A program made the position numbers and the translations under genes. Positions 48,700 to 59,240 of a stretch of DNA of 64,000 bases are shown here, in pieces (within the stretch, counting starts at the first letter, position 1; every line of letters starts with the position of its first letter). The stretch is from the NCBI GenBank assembly GCA_965221905.1, contig OZ244922.1:1216001-1280000 (forward strand), in the 5' to 3' direction. The notes beneath the pieces were generated by a model. That model was not told where the DNA came from. It did no database searches and worked only from the letters and a program-made list of their open reading frames with translations. The stretch comes from Chloroflexota bacterium. GTDB lineage: Bacteria > Chloroflexota > UBA11872 > VXOZ01.

Positions 48700-49521
48700 A
48701 TGGCAGCGTTAGCGGTTTCAACACGGCGTATTGTTCATGAACCAAGCGCGCCGGACCTCCCTTTTCGCGAGGAACACTTCGGCTACCGCTTCAATGACCT
48801 GAAAGTGCCGCCGGAGCAGGCCGGCATTGTGCTGGTTGATTGCTGGGACATCCACATTACGGCGAGTCACGTGGAACGGACGTCTCAGATTTGCCGAGAG
48901 CGGATAAGGCCGGTGCTGGACGCCTGCCGCGATATTGGTGTAACCGTTATTCACGCGCCCTCGCCAAATGTGGCGCACAAGTTTCCCCAGTGGCTGCGCT
49001 ATGCAGGCGACAGCGAGCTGGCGTCACAGCCGCAATCCGCGCCGGCCTGGCCGCCTGAAGACTTTGCGAAGCGCAAAGGGGAGTGGGCGCACCTGCGCGC
49101 CGATCGTACGGAAACGTGGGCCGATGAAATCGAGCAGATCAATCAGGACCGCTACATCGACGATTCAGTGTTTCCGCAACCGGACGACTTTGTGATCGCC
49201 AATGGCCATCAACTCCACCGGCTCTGTGCGCACCGTAAGCTTCTCTATCTCTTTTACGTGGGCTTTGCCACCAATCTCTGTATTCCGCACCGCGACTACG
49301 GCATGATTGCCATGCGCGAGCGCGGCTACGGCCTCACCCTGCTGCGCGATTGCACTACCGGCATCGAAACAGGCGAGACAATTGACGGTCTCCTCAGCAC
49401 GAACATTGCGATCCACGACTACGAGTTGCGGGACATTGCGGGAACGATAACGTCTGCCGAGTTTTTGGCCGCAGCGCAGCCGTTGCGCACCGGCGCAGCA
49501 ATTGGCGCGGAAGCGCAATAG
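48700..49521 (+). CDS. isochorismatase-like cysteine hydrolase
   Basis: VLVDCW, VIHAPS, YVGFATNLC, LLRDCT. Confidence 0.8.
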   Translation: MAALAVSTRRIVHEPSAPDLPFREEHFGYRFNDLKVPPEQAGIVLVDCWDIHITASHVERTSQICRERIRPVLDACRDIGVTVIHAPSPNVAHKFPQWLRYAGDSELASQPQSAPAWPPEDFAKRKGEWAHLRADRTETWADEIEQINQDRYIDDSVFPQPDDFVIANGHQLHRLCAHRKLLYLFYVGFATNLCIPHRDYGMIAMRERGYGLTLLRDCTTGIETGETIDGLLSTNIAIHDYELRDIAGTITSAEFLAAAQPLRTGAAIGAEAQ

Positions 49522-49675
49522 ATGTCTGACTCTTCTAATTCTTACGGCGCTGTGGTGCAAGCTGCGCACGAGTATTGCTCAAGCAGGTTTAGGATGGTTC
49601 TCGTCTTGCGAGGCAGGAATGACTCTTGAACATATGGGCAAACTGAAGACGGTCTTGAGATTAAAGGAATAGGCA

Positions 49676-50845
49676 ATGGATGAAATCCGGATTGGTGTGA
49701 CCGGTTTGGGGAGTCGCGGTCTTCACTGGATACGCTTGCTGCAGAGTGTGCCGGGCTACCGTATTGTCGCGCTCTGTGATCCAATCACTGCCACACATGA
49801 GCGTGCGCTCGCTGCTCTCAACGATAGCGACGGTGTAGCCACCTACGCGCAGTACGAAGATATACTCGCTGATCCGGACGTGGAAGCCATCGCCTTGACC
49901 GTGCGCAGCCCGCGCCAGGGCGCGCTGGCGGCGCAGGCCCTCGAGGCCGGCAAGCACGTCGACGCGGAAGTGCCGGCGGCGCACTATATCGAGGACTGCT
50001 GGCGCATTGTCGTGGCCGCTGAACGCTCCGGCAAGGTCTACCAGTTGGCGGAGCAGACGCGCTACATGGGAGTAATGCAAGCCTGGCACGATATGGTGGC
50101 GGAAGGCCAACTCGGTAGGGTTACCTTTGTCGAGGGGCAATATTTCCACTACTACGTCTCCCAATTCTTCTGGGAAAAGGAGACCGGCACGTTTTACGGC
50201 CCCACGGAAGTTCCCGATCACCCCGAGGCCGAGCCTACGTGGAGTGCGCTCATGCCCTCTATCAACTATCTGCCGCACGAGTTGAGTCCGCTGTTGTACG
50301 TGCTCGACGACCGGGTGGTGTCGGTTACGGGCATGAGTACGCAGGGTCCAAGCTACGCGCACCCCGTAATCCCCCAACCGGACATGCAGGTCAGCTTGAT
50401 GAAGACCGAGAAGGACGCCATATTGCGGTTGGCCGCGAGCTTTGCGCAGCCGCAACCGCCGCGTGACTACCACTGGTATCAAATCATGGGGACGCAGGGG
50501 TCCGTGGAATGGCGGCGGTCCGCCCGGGAGCGACCGAAGATGTGGCTTGCAAAGGCCCAGATGCACGATATGGCGGAGGTGGACTGGCAGTTTCAGCGCA
50601 CGGACGCCCCCGCTGAGGCGCGCGGCAGCGGCCACGGTGACGCCGATTACTACGTGCACGCGGCGTTTCGGGATGCCGTGAGGGGCACGAGGCCGCTGGA
50701 GTTTGACCTCTATCGCGCGATGGATACCGCGGCGCCGGCCATCTTGGCCGCGGAGTCGATTGCGCAGAATTCAAAGCTCTTGTCGGTGCCGGACTTTCGG
50801 CCCAGTGCGGCGCGGCCTGCCGGCACAATGCCATCGGAATCGTAG
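49676..50845 (+). CDS. Gfo/Idh/MocA oxidoreductase
   Basis: IGVTGLGSRG, ALEAGKHV.AEVP, GHG.AD. Confidence 0.9.
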   Translation: MDEIRIGVTGLGSRGLHWIRLLQSVPGYRIVALCDPITATHERALAALNDSDGVATYAQYEDILADPDVEAIALTVRSPRQGALAAQALEAGKHVDAEVPAAHYIEDCWRIVVAAERSGKVYQLAEQTRYMGVMQAWHDMVAEGQLGRVTFVEGQYFHYYVSQFFWEKETGTFYGPTEVPDHPEAEPTWSALMPSINYLPHELSPLLYVLDDRVVSVTGMSTQGPSYAHPVIPQPDMQVSLMKTEKDAILRLAASFAQPQPPRDYHWYQIMGTQGSVEWRRSARERPKMWLAKAQMHDMAEVDWQFQRTDAPAEARGSGHGDADYYVHAAFRDAVRGTRPLEFDLYRAMDTAAPAILAAESIAQNSKLLSVPDFRPSAARPAGTMPSES

Positions 50846-50911
50846 GTGGACGGAGAACTAACGCAAAATGGTGACACAAAGTAGCTAGCGTAGCGAGGAG
50901 AATTATCGGTT

Positions 50912-51712
50912 ATGGAGATTCAACTTGGATGTTTTACTCGCCCCTGGCGGGAATTTGGTGTTGAGGCCGCGGCTGCTGGGATGCGGGCAGCCGGATTCAA
51001 GTATTTTGGGCCAATGAGTATGGGGCCGACGCGCCTCGTTGACTACAATTCAACACCGGATGAGGTGGCGGCGATTGAGCGTACAGTGAGGGATGCCGGC
51101 CTCAAGTTCGCGATCATGATGGCTACCTACCCTCTTACGAGCGTAGAAGAGGGCGTGGCAGCGCTCAACCGCGAGCTCGATTACGTGGCACAGCTTGGTT
51201 TTCGTCACGTTATGACCGGTGGCGCTTCCGATCCCGCACAGTACGACACCTACTACGCCATCATGCGCGAGTGTGCTGAATATGCGTTGCACAAGGGAAT
51301 CACCCTCATGCTCAAGCCCCACGGCGGCCTGAGCAATACGACGCGGGAAACCATCGAATCGTGGAAGAAGGTGAATCACCAGAATTTCAAGATATGCTAC
51401 GACGCGGGTAACTTGCTCTTCTACGCCGGTGAGGACCCGCTGGCGCATATTCGCGAAATCGCTCCAATCGTGGGCGCTATGTGCATCAAGGACGAAGTGG
51501 GCGGTCAGAAAGGCGACGTGATGGTCACGCCGGGTGACGGCCTAGTGAACTTTCCCGCGGTGTTCAGCGCGCTCAAGGACGCGGGTTTTGCCGGCCCGTG
51601 CGTGGTTGAGTGTTTGAGCGGCGAGGCCCTTGACGAGGTTAACCACCAGGCCAAACGCGCGCGCCACTTCTTGGAGGACACCCTGGCCGCAGTCGGGTAT
51701 GTGGTAGACTAG
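50912..51712 (+). CDS. sugar phosphate isomerase/epimerase (TIM barrel)
   Basis: KPHGG, YDAGN, IKD, PG.G.VNF, VVE. Confidence 0.85.
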   Translation: MEIQLGCFTRPWREFGVEAAAAGMRAAGFKYFGPMSMGPTRLVDYNSTPDEVAAIERTVRDAGLKFAIMMATYPLTSVEEGVAALNRELDYVAQLGFRHVMTGGASDPAQYDTYYAIMRECAEYALHKGITLMLKPHGGLSNTTRETIESWKKVNHQNFKICYDAGNLLFYAGEDPLAHIREIAPIVGAMCIKDEVGGQKGDVMVTPGDGLVNFPAVFSALKDAGFAGPCVVECLSGEALDEVNHQAKRARHFLEDTLAAVGYVVD

Positions 51713-51721
51713 GAGATTCTT

Positions 51722-52348
51722 ATGGCGATTATCACCCTTTCACGGCAACTTGGCACCGGCGAAGTCGAATTCACGGACAAGCTAACCGACACGCTTGGTT
51801 ACCCTCTCTACGATGACAGGCTCATCCAGCAAGTCGCCGCGGAACTCGAAGTGCACACGGGAGTGGTGCGGGCGTTCGACGAGCGGCTAGAGCCCAGCGC
51901 AATTCAAAGTGTGCTGTCCCGAATCACGGGAGGGAATGTGCGGCGCCAACTGTCGACGCGGCGTGAAGAGGGTGGCGTGCGGCCCGAGATTGTCCGCACA
52001 GCGCTGCGCTCGGTGGTTCGCGAGATTGCCCGGCGTGACAACGCTATCATTGTCGGACGGGGCGCGGGCATTATCCTCGGAGACTTGCGCGGCGTGCTGA
52101 GACTGCGTCTTGTCGCTCCCCTTGAATTTCGCGCCCGTCATCACGCCAGGACGATCGGAATGAACCTCGGCGAGGCTGAGGAAGTAGCGCAGGGCTCCGA
52201 TAGGGAGCGCCGCAATTACATTCGCCGCATGTTCAACGTGGATTGGGATGATCCGTCCCTCTATGACTTTGTCATAAATTCGGCACGAACCGATAGTGAC
52301 GCGGCCGTGAGGATCGTCTCCAAGATCATGGAAGAGAAGCAACTGTAG
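51722..52348 (+). CDS. cytidylate kinase-like family protein
   Basis: IITLSRQLG.G, IIVGRGA, D.ER..Y, YD.VINS. Confidence 0.88.
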   Translation: MAIITLSRQLGTGEVEFTDKLTDTLGYPLYDDRLIQQVAAELEVHTGVVRAFDERLEPSAIQSVLSRITGGNVRRQLSTRREEGGVRPEIVRTALRSVVREIARRDNAIIVGRGAGIILGDLRGVLRLRLVAPLEFRARHHARTIGMNLGEAEEVAQGSDRERRNYIRRMFNVDWDDPSLYDFVINSARTDSDAAVRIVSKIMEEKQL

Positions 52349-52563
52349 GTAGCCGCGGGAATTAAGAGTCTACGCACGGAGAAGCGGTTGATTTCCGCCA
52401 TATTCGTGTGACTGCCCCGGCGTGCCCGCGCCGGGCCCGTTCCCGTTGCGAGAACAGGCAAGCCCTACCGCGCCCGGCTGCTTAGGCGGGCCGTCCGGTG
52501 ATGACCGCAGTGATGAATGCCAATACCCGGGCAGGCGCAGGTTCGGTCGACGTGCGGCCCTCG

Positions 52564-52965
52564 TTACGAAGTCGGTTCGCGGTGGCGCTGCATAGCAAAC
52601 CGCATGGCCCGCGTTACCGCGCTGCTGTCCACCTGACCCTTAACGAGGTAGTCTTGTGCACCGTTCCTGAGCGCTTCAAGGCCGGTCTCTTCATCGTTGA
52701 GACCCGTGAGCACGACTATGGGAATCGTAGGAGCGGCACTCACCATCGCGCGTATGGTATCCATGCCGTGGCTGTCCGGCAGCGCAAGGTCAAGCAGGAT
52801 AACGTCGTAGGGCTCTACTTTCGTCTGCTCGTTTGCCTCAGCGAGTCGCGTCACGTGCGTAACATCGAACTGCATGTTCGGCACCTGTTCTAGCAGCTCG
52901 TAGAGCAGTTCAGCGTCACCGCTATCGTCTTCCACAAGGAGGATTTCGAAGATATTCGTGTCCAT
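52564..52965 (-). CDS. single-domain response regulator
   Basis: LLVEDD, LLDLALPD, VLTG, GAQDYLVK. Confidence 0.9.
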   Translation of the reverse strand: MDTNIFEILLVEDDSGDAELLYELLEQVPNMQFDVTHVTRLAEANEQTKVEPYDVILLDLALPDSHGMDTIRAMVSAAPTIPIVVLTGLNDEETGLEALRNGAQDYLVKGQVDSSAVTRAMRFAMQRHREPTS

Positions 52966-53127
52966 ACCGTCGTAGGCTCCCCTGATTGATTGGTGTGGTA
53001 GACTTGTCACGTAAATGTAAGTACTACTCTAGCATACGCGGGCCGAATGTGTGTCAGAGGGGGGCACTTGGGGCGCTCCCCTGTTTCAGTCCGTGCTTTA
53101 AATGCCACCGGCCGCTGGGAGCATCAG

Positions 53128-54423
53128 ATGAGTGAGGCGTCAGGACAGGTCAGCACTTCTCGGCAGAGTTCGCCCGAGCAGCAAGCCACCGAATATGCGG
53201 TCTTGGCAGAGATTGGCCGCATCATCAGTTCAACTCTCAATATCGACGAAATCTACGAGCAGTTTGCCCACCAGGTTTCACTCCTCATTCCATTTGATCG
53301 GCTCTCCATCGCGGCCATCGATCTGGAAGCGAAAACCGTGCAGGCTGTGTACGCGGTGGGCGGCGACATACCGGGCTGGGAACGGGGTGTAGTGCATGAA
53401 CTGTTGCCCGGTGGCATTGGCGACCAGCTTGCCCGTGAGCGCCGCGGGGTCTTGTTCAGGACGCCGGCCGAAGAGGAAGAGGCCGGGCAGCAACCGGCGC
53501 GTGAGCTGGGCGGTGATTTTCAGACCCGGATCGCCGTGCCCCTCATCGCCCGCGGCGTGATAGTCGGTACCTTGAATATCCGGTCGCTGCAACCCTACGC
53601 ATACAATGAGAGTCAACTAGCGCAGGCGGAACGGATTGGCGCCCAGATCGCCGGTACGATCGCCAATGCGTTCGCATACGAGAAGCTGGAAGACGCCCGG
53701 CGCGCACTCGAAAGAGCCGTGACGGAGCTCCGCCGCTCTAACCAAGAGCTCGCGCAGTTTGCCTACGTCGCGTCGCACGACCTCCAGGAGCCGCTGCGCA
53801 AGATCGCGAGTTTTTGCAGTCTGCTCGAGGCGCGCTACGCGGCCGATCTGGATGAAAGAGCGAACGTCTACATCCACTACATCGTTGACGGAGCGACGCG
53901 GATGCAGGCGCTCGTCAATGATCTCTTGCTGTACTCTCGGGTAGCGACACGCGGCAAAGAGTTCGCCCCGACGGATACCGCAGTTGCGTTGCAGGAAGCC
54001 TTAGAGAACCTTGATCTTGCCATCGCGGAAAGTAACGCGCGTGTCACGCATGACCCGCTGCCGACGGTTACTGCGGACGCGACGCAGATGATTCAGTTGT
54101 TTCAAAATCTCGTTGCCAACGCCGTCAAGTATCGGGACGAGGAAGCGCCGCGCGTCCACGTCACAGCGGCGAACGAGGACAATGAATGGGTCTTTTCTGT
54201 GCGTGATAACGGCATCGGGATTGCGCCGGAGTATACCGAGCGCATCTTTGTGATTTTCCAGCGGCTGCACACCCGTGAAGAATACTCGGGCACGGGTATC
54301 GGCTTGGCAGTGTGCAAGAAGATCGTCGAGCGTCACGGCGGCCGGATCTGGGTAGAATCAGAGTCAGGTGCCGGGTCCACGTTCTACTTTTCCTTGCCCA
54401 AGATCCGGAGAGATGACGCATGA
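53128..54423 (+). CDS. GAF sensor histidine kinase with Cph1-type kinase core
   Basis: [39 protein letters not shown]. Confidence 0.93.
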   Translation: MSEASGQVSTSRQSSPEQQATEYAVLAEIGRIISSTLNIDEIYEQFAHQVSLLIPFDRLSIAAIDLEAKTVQAVYAVGGDIPGWERGVVHELLPGGIGDQLARERRGVLFRTPAEEEEAGQQPARELGGDFQTRIAVPLIARGVIVGTLNIRSLQPYAYNESQLAQAERIGAQIAGTIANAFAYEKLEDARRALERAVTELRRSNQELAQFAYVASHDLQEPLRKIASFCSLLEARYAADLDERANVYIHYIVDGATRMQALVNDLLLYSRVATRGKEFAPTDTAVALQEALENLDLAIAESNARVTHDPLPTVTADATQMIQLFQNLVANAVKYRDEEAPRVHVTAANEDNEWVFSVRDNGIGIAPEYTERIFVIFQRLHTREEYSGTGIGLAVCKKIVERHGGRIWVESESGAGSTFYFSLPKIRRDDA

Positions 54424-54866
54424 ATGCAAAACTTTCCGGGAGACCGGTTGAGATTCTGCTCGTTGAGGATGATCCCGCTGACGTTCTCTTAACCCAGGAG
54501 GCTCTGCTCGGTAGCAAGATTCGAAATAACCTGCACGTAGTTGACGATGGTGTCGAGGCGCTTGCATTCCTGCGGCGGGAGGGGACGTATCGTGACGTGC
54601 CCCGCCCGGATCTAATTCTGCTCGATCTCAACATGCCGCGCAAAGACGGACGCGAGGTTTTGGCCGACATCAAGGAGGACCCAGGCCTCAAGGCGATCCC
54701 GGTTGCCGTGCTCACCACGTCATCGCAGGATGAAGACATTCTGAAGAGCTACGAATTACATGCGAACTGCTACATCACCAAGCCGGTAGGCTTGGAGCAG
54801 TTTGCCACGGTGGTGCAGTCGTTGGACGATTTCTGGTTCACTATCGTTAAACTACCGCCGAAGTGA
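54420..54866 (+). CDS. Rcp1-like response regulator
   Basis: [33 protein letters not shown]. Confidence 0.93.
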   Translation: MNAKLSGRPVEILLVEDDPADVLLTQEALLGSKIRNNLHVVDDGVEALAFLRREGTYRDVPRPDLILLDLNMPRKDGREVLADIKEDPGLKAIPVAVLTTSSQDEDILKSYELHANCYITKPVGLEQFATVVQSLDDFWFTIVKLPPK

Positions 54867-54931
54867 GTCCACGCTGGGACCTTGTGCACGTAGGGCGCCG
54901 ATCTTCGTGTGACAAGGCTCGAACGCTTCTC

Positions 54932-55885
54932 CTACGGCAGCACAGTATCATCCGCCTGCAAGTCTGTGCTTAGAATGGCTTGGTAGCGATAGCGCACTCG
55001 CAGCAGGCGCCTCCCGTACAGGCGGTCTGCCTCGTCCGGTTTGAAACACCCCTCGGGAAGGTCGTGGGGCCACGCGTACGGTTCCAGGTCTTCCGGAGTG
55101 AGTTTGTGTCCGACCGGCAGCGGACGTCTGGCCACGAGAAGTTGCCTACCCGTTACCTTCATGACGGACGGGATATCGTCTTTCGCATCGGGTGCGAATC
55201 CAAAGCTGCGCCGCAGGGCTTGAACAACCAAGAAGCCGACGGCAAACCCGCCCAGGTGCGCGGTGTAGGCAATGCCGCCCCCTCCGCCTCCCACCGAGCC
55301 CAACGAGCCCATGATCTGAAGCACTAGCCAGACGCCAATGACGATGAGGGCCGACACGTCAAACGTCGGCGGGCGCCGCTCACCTTGCCCGACGAGAAGG
55401 CCGAGCGCCCAGATGACGAAGACGTGTATGGACAAAATGCCGATGGGCGACAACGGAAAGAGTACGAGATACGCGCCGAGGACTCCGGCGATGGCGCCGC
55501 TCGCGCCGATACGCGGTATCGTGTCGCTAGCAAAGATCGCGGACTCTATGATGCCCGCGCCCAGCCCGCACAAGAGGTAGAAGGCGGCAAACCCCAGATG
55601 TCCCATCTCATCTTCAACGTTGGCGCCGAAGACCCAGAGAAAGAGCATGTTGCCGGCTATGTGGAGCAAGCCGAAGTGGAGAAAGGCGGCGAGTAGGAGG
55701 TTGCGAAGTTGGTCGATTTCGCCCGCCCAGAGCCCGGCGGGCCGCAGACCGTACTCTTGTGCGCTCCAACCAAGGGAATGCGCCACCACGAACATGCCGA
55801 TGTTAATCGCCACCAGAGTGACGGTGACTATGGGGCGACGCTGCCGCTGATCCTCGGGCGCGGCCTCGATGGGTATGAGTTGCAT
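54932..55885 (-). CDS. rhomboid intramembrane protease with C-terminal SAF-like domain
   Basis: H..GNMLFLW.FG.NVED, GASGAIAG, AHLGGF; tail VARRPLP.G..LT.EDL. Confidence 0.85.
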   Translation of the reverse strand: MQLIPIEAAPEDQRQRRPIVTVTLVAINIGMFVVAHSLGWSAQEYGLRPAGLWAGEIDQLRNLLLAAFLHFGLLHIAGNMLFLWVFGANVEDEMGHLGFAAFYLLCGLGAGIIESAIFASDTIPRIGASGAIAGVLGAYLVLFPLSPIGILSIHVFVIWALGLLVGQGERRPPTFDVSALIVIGVWLVLQIMGSLGSVGGGGGGIAYTAHLGGFAVGFLVVQALRRSFGFAPDAKDDIPSVMKVTGRQLLVARRPLPVGHKLTPEDLEPYAWPHDLPEGCFKPDEADRLYGRRLLRVRYRYQAILSTDLQADDTVLP

Positions 55886-56016
55886 TTGTAGCCCTTGGCC
55901 TTCCTAACCGCTGCGTTCGATCACAAACGTATGGGCAGCCGTGGGTGGGCCCATCCAAGACCGAAACACAAGCCCGCGAGCGGATCTGATGGCAAGCTCA
56001 AAGCAGTTAGTTTGCG

Positions 56017-56238
56017 CTAGGCTGCTCGCACCTTGCCTTTGCCGTCACACTTGGGGCAACTGCCCTTGAGTTCGTGCCAGCCGCTCGGTTCATCGGGATT
56101 GGGCCATCTCTCATCCACCGCGCCGGTGCCTTCGCAGCGTGTGCAAATCATCTGCGGATGGGGAAAGATGCGGGGAACTATGAGCCAAGCGCTAATGATG
56201 AGGACTCCAACGAGCAGGAGTATTCCAAACTGATCCAT
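56017..56238 (-). CDS. small membrane-anchored protein with DnaJ-type zinc finger
   Basis: N-terminal TM, CTRCEGTG...CPKCDGKG; GAGAGG SD. Confidence 0.75.
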   Translation of the reverse strand: MDQFGILLLVGVLIISAWLIVPRIFPHPQMICTRCEGTGAVDERWPNPDEPSGWHELKGSCPKCDGKGKVRAA

Positions 56239-56596
56239 ACCTGTTACCTCTCTCCGCGTGCCACGAGATCCTCCTACTGACAGTGTAAGCCATTGCAGCG
56301 GAAAGTCGAAAGAGTGCCAACGGAGAAGGATGCCGGGAAGAACCTACGGTTACGCTCGCTGGGACTGGGGTGGCTCGCGCTAGCGCATGGTGCGAATGGG
56401 TTTGCAAGACACAGCGAAACGTCTTGCTAGGGGCGGGAATCTGGCCCTGAAGGATTGGTGAGTGCAGCCTCGGCGGGGTACAAGCCCCCCTCCCCCCCTA
56501 CATTACGAAACACATGGGATGGTCAAGGCTCAGACAGGGCTTGGGAAGGAGCGAGGTGCGGGAGAGGCAGGACTGCCTGTAGTGGCCGGGAACCGA

Positions 56597-56622
56597 CGCA
56601 GGTTTCAAACCTGCGCTACCGG
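56597..56622 (-). repeat. GTAG-type REP palindrome
   Basis: cgcaggtttcaaacctgcgctaccgg, matches 4272-4298. Confidence 0.65.
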
Positions 56623-56906
56623 AATTTGACGGAATCGCCGCGCCCTACCTTGGAATGTAGGAGCGTTGAGGAGGTTGGTGTCTGGCGTTGGCGTGGGACT
56701 CTGCACCAATCCGATCAGACGGAAGAAGCAAGAGTGATTCAGAAGTGAAGACGCGCCTATCGTACACTTGTACGACAGGCGCGTGATGCCTTCTGATCTC
56801 AGCCAGGGACTTCCCCACGAGCTTGGCTACCGACGCCAAGATGTCCCCGTGGTCCTAACCTGAAGAGTCCACTGACGGCCACCGGACTTGCTCGGCGCCT
56901 TCTCTG

Positions 56907-58241
56907 CTACGACGGAGTAAAGAACCGCCACGTGCCGATGTTCTCCCCGCTGCTGGAATCGTCTTCCAGCAGTTCCTCGTAGCTCTCGGCGGCTTTGCGG
57001 TACGCAGTCGCGTACTCTTCGATAACCTGCGGCCGAAACTTCTTGAACCACGGAATGCTGTAGGTTCTGCTACCGATTCCCTCGCTGACCGGCAGACTGC
57101 CCCTGGGCTGGCGCAAATCCCGATTGGAATTCGCAATGACGGTAGGCTTGCCGTGGCCGTAGACGTCCGCCTCGTGGAAAAGTGGATGCAAGTGAAGGGG
57201 ATTATTGGTGCCCGGCCCGCAGCGAGCGCCTTCTGCAGACACGGCTTGCGCAAAGCGCGAGATCGAAAGACCGCCAACCTCTTCCGAACGATAGAGCCCC
57301 CGAGCCGCGTACCAGCCGCCCATGGTACTGCCGGATTCCTTGGCGGGACGATGCGGCGCGATGCCGGGCACGCCATCCAGAAGGTCCCAGAAGTAGTTCA
57401 TGGCTTGCTGGATTTCCGCTACGTAGCCGTCATAGTACTTCAGCGTCACCCTGCCCATGGCGGAGCTGAGCTGGTTCACGCGGAATTTATAGCCGCCGAG
57501 GGGCAGGCCGGCCCAGGGCTTCAGGTACTCGGTCTCAAGGTTCTCTTCGGAATACATGTCATAGTGGCCGAACGCCAGCGCGCGGTCATAGATTTCGCGG
57601 TCATTCGTGGTCATGATGCCCGCTTCGCCGGTGGCAAAGGACTTGCCGCTCATGAGCGACATGGCGCCCACGTCACCGATAGCGCCCACTGTTCTCCCCT
57701 TGTAGCGCCCGCCATGGGCGTGGGAAACATCCTCGATGACCTTGACGTTGTGCCTGCGCGCGATCTCCATGATGGGGTCCATGTCGGCAGGGTGACCGCA
57801 GTAGTGCACAGCAACGATGGCCTTGGTGCGCTCGGTAATGCGGTGCTCGATGTCGTTGGGATCGATGCAGAGTGTATCTGGGTCGATGTCTGCAAAAACG
57901 ACGGTTGCGCCCAAGGAAAAGGCCGGCAGGCACGACGCCCAATACGTCACGCTGGGGGAGATGATCTCGTCACCCACGCCCACGCCGCAACCGTACATCG
58001 CCCCGCGCAGCGCCTCGGTGCCTGTGTTTGCGCCGAGCGCATACGTCGTCCCAACCCAGTCCGCATACTCCTTCTCAAATTGCCGGGTCACATCCGTGCC
58101 GGACATGCCACCCCGGCGCAGCACTTCCAAGACGGCTTCTTCATGTTCCGGGGTTACGATGGGCCAGGTAAAGATGTTGCCGGGTTCGCTTTGCACCGAC
58201 TTAGGGCCGCCCAGCAACGCGAGCTTCGACTTAACTTGCAT
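56907..58241 (-). CDS. DegT/DnrJ/EryC1/StrS aminotransferase
   Basis: LALLGGP, GVG.GDE, VIEDVSHAHG, SLMSGKSF.TGEAG. Confidence 0.92.
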   Translation of the reverse strand: MQVKSKLALLGGPKSVQSEPGNIFTWPIVTPEHEEAVLEVLRRGGMSGTDVTRQFEKEYADWVGTTYALGANTGTEALRGAMYGCGVGVGDEIISPSVTYWASCLPAFSLGATVVFADIDPDTLCIDPNDIEHRITERTKAIVAVHYCGHPADMDPIMEIARRHNVKVIEDVSHAHGGRYKGRTVGAIGDVGAMSLMSGKSFATGEAGIMTTNDREIYDRALAFGHYDMYSEENLETEYLKPWAGLPLGGYKFRVNQLSSAMGRVTLKYYDGYVAEIQQAMNYFWDLLDGVPGIAPHRPAKESGSTMGGWYAARGLYRSEEVGGLSISRFAQAVSAEGARCGPGTNNPLHLHPLFHEADVYGHGKPTVIANSNRDLRQPRGSLPVSEGIGSRTYSIPWFKKFRPQVIEEYATAYRKAAESYEELLEDDSSSGENIGTWRFFTPS

Positions 58242-58498
58242 GCCGCCGTTTCCTTTCCTGTCTACTGATTGCAAACGTGAATGCGGAACGTACTTACACG
58301 GTAGGATAGCATGAACCGGCGGTGCTCAGCATGTTGGCTAGACCAGGCTGTGTCCAGATACGGCTCATCCTAGTCGCTTCGCCATGGGCTCGGCCGCATG
58401 CCGCGCGCTAGAGATGCAAGTCAGCACACCGAAGCCTACTCCTCTATACTGGCAGTGGAGCCGCAGCGATTACGTGCCGTGAGTGGCGAAATCGACGT

Positions 58499-59080
58499 AT
58501 GTCAGTTCTCAGCGACCGCACAATTACTGAATTGATCGCAGCTGGACGATTGCGCGTCGAGCCGTTTGCAGCGGAACACGTGCAGCCATCCAGTGTAGAC
58601 CTGCGGCTGGGAAGGCATTTTCGCATCTTCCAACACAGCCGGTACACGCACATTGACGTACGTGAGCCGCAGCCCGATCTGACGCAAAGCATCGAGGTAG
58701 ATGAGGACGAGCATTTCGTGCTCCATCCGGGAGAATTTGCGTTAGGTACGACCCTGGAGCGCGTGGGATTGCCCGATGACTTGGTGGGTCGCCTGGAAGG
58801 CAAGAGTTCCTTGGGGCGGCTCGGTCTGATCATCCACTCGACGGCAGGCTACATCGATCCCGGTTTCACCGGCACGATCACCCTGGAGCTTTCCAACGTC
58901 GCGAAGCTCCCTATTCCGCTTTATCCGGGTATGTTCATCGGCCAGATATCTTTTCTCACAATGACCACACCGGTGGACCGGCCCTACGGTTCGCCCGGCC
59001 TCGGCAGTAAATACCAAGACCAGGAGCACCCAACGGAGAGCAAGGTGCACCAGGATTTTGAGCCGCGCGACGGCAGGTAA
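58499..59080 (+). CDS. dcd: dCTP deaminase
   Basis: QPSSVDLRL, GKSSLGRLG, AGYIDPGF.G.ITLE, KYQ.Q. Confidence 0.96.
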   Translation: MSVLSDRTITELIAAGRLRVEPFAAEHVQPSSVDLRLGRHFRIFQHSRYTHIDVREPQPDLTQSIEVDEDEHFVLHPGEFALGTTLERVGLPDDLVGRLEGKSSLGRLGLIIHSTAGYIDPGFTGTITLELSNVAKLPIPLYPGMFIGQISFLTMTTPVDRPYGSPGLGSKYQDQEHPTESKVHQDFEPRDGR

Positions 59081-59240
59081 GGCTCTGGGTACAAACGGCG
59101 GTAGACCGGCGAGGGCAGAGTATTGTAAGGGGAAGCAAACGGGTTATGGGCCTGACTTTCTATCGAGTGGCTCTGCAAGCCAAGATAGGATGCCCAAAGA
59201 GTGCTGTGCAATTACATAATGATACAAGAATGAGATAAGC

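Noticed and set aside
53128-54866. Phytochrome Cph1/Rcp1 light sensor
   Set aside because: Only one GAF, with no PAS-GAF-PHY module or DIP motif
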